DNA of 52,881 nucleotides, the filler included, from Jimgerdemannia flammicorona (Eukaryota), in the NCBI GenBank assembly GCA_003990765.1. It is 2 parts of 2 records of this genome, joined end to end, with 100 filler letters (N's around TTAATTAATTAA, not from the genome) between each part and the next. Parts side by side here need not be neighbours in the genome. Positions count along the whole stretch, not along the records: positions 26,493 to 52,881 come from RBNJ01000733.1; 1 more part is not named here. One strand, written 5' to 3'. The position numbers were made by a program, and so were the translations under genes. Below are positions 50,265-52,881 of the stretch, piece after piece. Positions within the stretch are counted from its first letter, which is position 1. Each line of letters begins with the position of its first letter. The notes beneath the pieces are model-generated. The model had not been told where the DNA came from. It was given only the letters and a program-made list of their open reading frames with translations, and ran no database searches.

Positions 50265-52497
50265 ATATTAACTCTGAGAACTATATAAATATTATACATA
50301 TAGTAATATTATATAATATATACTTTAATAAAAAAGGAAATTAGAAACTCTATATAGAAGTATCTATTGAAACCTCTACTTCAGTATCTATATCTCAGTA
50401 AGTTATATAATATCTGATATCAACCTATTTAATAAAGTAAAATTATTTTCAACTACTATATATATCTGAGCTAGAATTATCTAAGCTAAGGATAACAGAG
50501 ATTAATAATAATAAGACTGATAATAATGATGATAAAAGGTTTATTAAGAGCATAGAAAGCCAAAGTAATAGCCCAAGAATGAGACTCATTTTAATTTAAA
50601 GAGTTATTGGAATATGCTAAAGATATTTCAATATAAAGACTATATGAGCTATATTGAGATATATAAATACATATTTACTACAATTTCTAGTGAGCCAAAT
50701 ATATATGATAAAGTAATAACTTTCTCTAATAATAAGAAATAGAAGTAAGTCATAAATAAATAGTATAATTTACTCATTGAGAATGATATATATGATCTAG
50801 TATTCTTTTCAACTAATTGATAAGTTATAGAATCATATTGAGTCTATAAAATTAAGCACAAAAATAATAGAAGTATAGAATAATATAAAGCTCATTTTAT
50901 TGTTAAGGATTATTTACAAGATTACAGTATTGACCATAATGAGATATTCTTACTAGTATTCAAGCTTACTTTAATGAGAATACTTCTTATAATCAGTACT
51001 ATATATAATTTAGAAATTCATCAGATAGATGTAAAGATAGCTTTTCTTAATAATAATATTAATACAGAGCTATATATTTACTAGCTACAAAGATATAAGC
51101 AGAATAATAATCTCATATATAAACTATATAAAGAATTATATAGTATCAAGTAAGCAGCTTATTTGTAGAATAGAAAAATTAATAAATATCTTCTTAATAA
51201 TAACTTTATATATTACAAAGTAGATAACTATATATATGTTCAATACTATATTGATAGAGTAGTATTTATATATATATAAGTAGATGATATTATTATTATT
51301 ATAATAAAAACAAACTTAATAAAGTAAAAGAAGCCCTGCATAAGGAATTCAAGATAACTGATATGGGTGATATATCCTTTCTTTTGAGAATATTCATTAT
51401 ATGTAATAGGAGTATATATACTATATATCTATATAATTCTTAAATGATTCAATATGAGCAAATGCAAGCTAGTAAACATCTCTATAAAAACTTTAATAAA
51501 GTTAAAGAAGTCTAATACTATGCTAGAGAAAACTATACCAATATTCCCTATTGATATGTAAGTAGTCAGTTCTCTTATATATCTTATACTAGAAATGAGG
51601 TCCAATATTTCATATACTGTAAATAAGATAGTACACTACTTATTATACTATATGCTTACCTTTGATTGATTGAGCAGAAGTAATAGTAATAATAGTAATA
51701 ATAAGAATGATATACAACTATCTAGATATATGATGCTAATTGGATAAGAGACTTAGATAATTGTCAATCTATAACTAGGTACTTCTTTTAGTTAAATAAT
51801 AAAGGAGTCATTTTATGGCAAATATATATGCAGAATTTAATAATAATATCATCTATATAAGCAGAGTATCAAGTATTATCTACAGTAACAAAAAAAAGGC
51901 ATTTGGCTATACTAGCTACTAAAGAAACTTAGATTTAATCAGAAATAGCACTCTATACTTATCTATCAGAATAATCAGTCTATGATTGCTATAGCAAAGA
52001 ACTTTATTTATTATAGTAGAACTAAACACATTGATATATAATACTATTATATAAGAGAATATAGAGAACAGAACTATATACTTAGAATACATCCCCATGA
52101 AGCATATGATCACAGATTTACTTACTAAAGCCCTTCTGGAATCAAAATTCAAGTAATATAATAAAGAAATGAGTCTTATAGTAAACTATATACCAGTAAT
52201 GGAACTATATGCCAGTAATAGATAATTATGGGACATTTTCATAATGATGAAAAGGAAGCAGAAAAACAATGCAATATATCTTTCTACATCTCTCTCTTCA
52301 AGTATTATGTTATAGTTATTCATCAGTTGTTCTTCTTCTACATTTGAGATTTTATACCATCAGGACTTATCTATATCCTACATTTTCACTATGGTTTCTT
52401 ATGTTTTAAGCATTAGTAGATAGCATTCTTTTAGTATATTTGCAGTCATTTTGCAGTTGTTACTTAGTTGCATTGCATTCTTGCATATTATCTCGTT

Positions 52498-52506
52498 GAG
52501 CGGGAG
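52498..52506 (+). promoter_or_regulatory. Copia polypurine tract
   Basis: GAGCGGGAG immediately before the TGTTG of the 3' LTR. Confidence 0.7.
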
Positions 52507-52654
52507 TGTTGAAATTCCTATTATTTTGACATCTCAATAATGTGGCTTATATGAAACTATAGTTATGTCACTCGACATGTAAATACATGCTATCCGGAAT
52601 AATAAAAAATGCTCCTCTCTTCTCCCCACACCATATTCCAACTAAGTTATACCA
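52507..52654 (+). repeat. Copia 3' LTR (148 bp)
   Basis: tgttgaaattcctattattttgacatc...ttccaactaagttatacca followed by TSD aatgg. Confidence 0.93.
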
Positions 52655-52881
52655 AATGGTAATTATTTCTTGGAAACCATTTTTTTCGTCATGCATGGGA
52701 ATGGTTGCATAAATTTTCAGCCACACCGCGCGGCCCCCCAAGATCAAATGTACTAAGAAACTTTCCTGTTGAATTTTATAAAGGCAGCCATTTTTAAAAT
52801 TCATTTGAATGGCCTTTCTGAAAACATCTATATGCTATCTATTATTTTCATTCCATAACTCTGGCTCGCTTTTTTTTTTTT

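Larger units (their letters stand above)
36212..52654 (+). mobile_element. Ty1/copia LTR retrotransposon, full-length, heavily mutated, carrying two nested insertions
   Basis: LTRs at 36212-36369 and 52507-52654 (TG..CA); 5-bp TSD AATGG at 36207-36211 and 52655-52659. Decayed gag (FDSKNYTIW), then integrase (KRYFITFINNYT..KSEVLEKFKEFK; QNCIAEQFN), RT (LEIHQIDVKIAFLN; VDD) and RNase H (AEYQ; RTKHIDI; DLLTKAL). INT before RT is the copia order. Confidence 0.95.

Overview
Eukaryotic, intron-rich fungal DNA with GT-AG introns and GC-rich exons. The gene set and style suggest Mucoromycota, possibly Endogonales; this taxonomy is inference. The left part (0.7-26.4 kb) is a gene-dense block: VWA8 AAA+ ATPase, HDDC2-type HD hydrolase, YCII protein, an uncharacterised ~540-aa protein with a Par3/HAL-type N-terminal domain, a DUF202 membrane protein, a LaeA-like methyltransferase pseudogene, RidA, TGS1, a chromodomain Clr4/SUV39 H3K9 methyltransferase and RTF1 (5' end lost in the gap). 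An artificial 100-bp linker (N44-TTAATTAATTAA-N44) sits at 26393-26492, so the two sides may not be truly adjacent. The right part holds a P450 (3' end lost in the gap), a Pif1/Helitron-like relic, decayed gene fragments, a P450 pseudogene and a 16.4-kb nested retroelement complex. In that complex, a heavily C>T/G>A-mutated Ty1/copia element (36212-52654; AATGG TSD; half-tRNAiMet PBS) contains (i) a 1.2-kb poly(A)-tailed insertion with a 10-bp TSD and (ii) a 10.3-kb Ty3/gypsy element with ~1.45-kb LTRs and a tRNA-Pro PBS. The gypsy element carries Cys-rich segments and a dUTPase between protease and RT, plus an extra 170-codon ORF between integrase and the 3' LTR, where a PPT would be expected. 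The most interesting items are this gypsy architecture, the RIP-like mutation pattern, the Par3/HAL-N protein and an env-like relic at the window start. All family calls come from reading motifs by eye; no database search was run.
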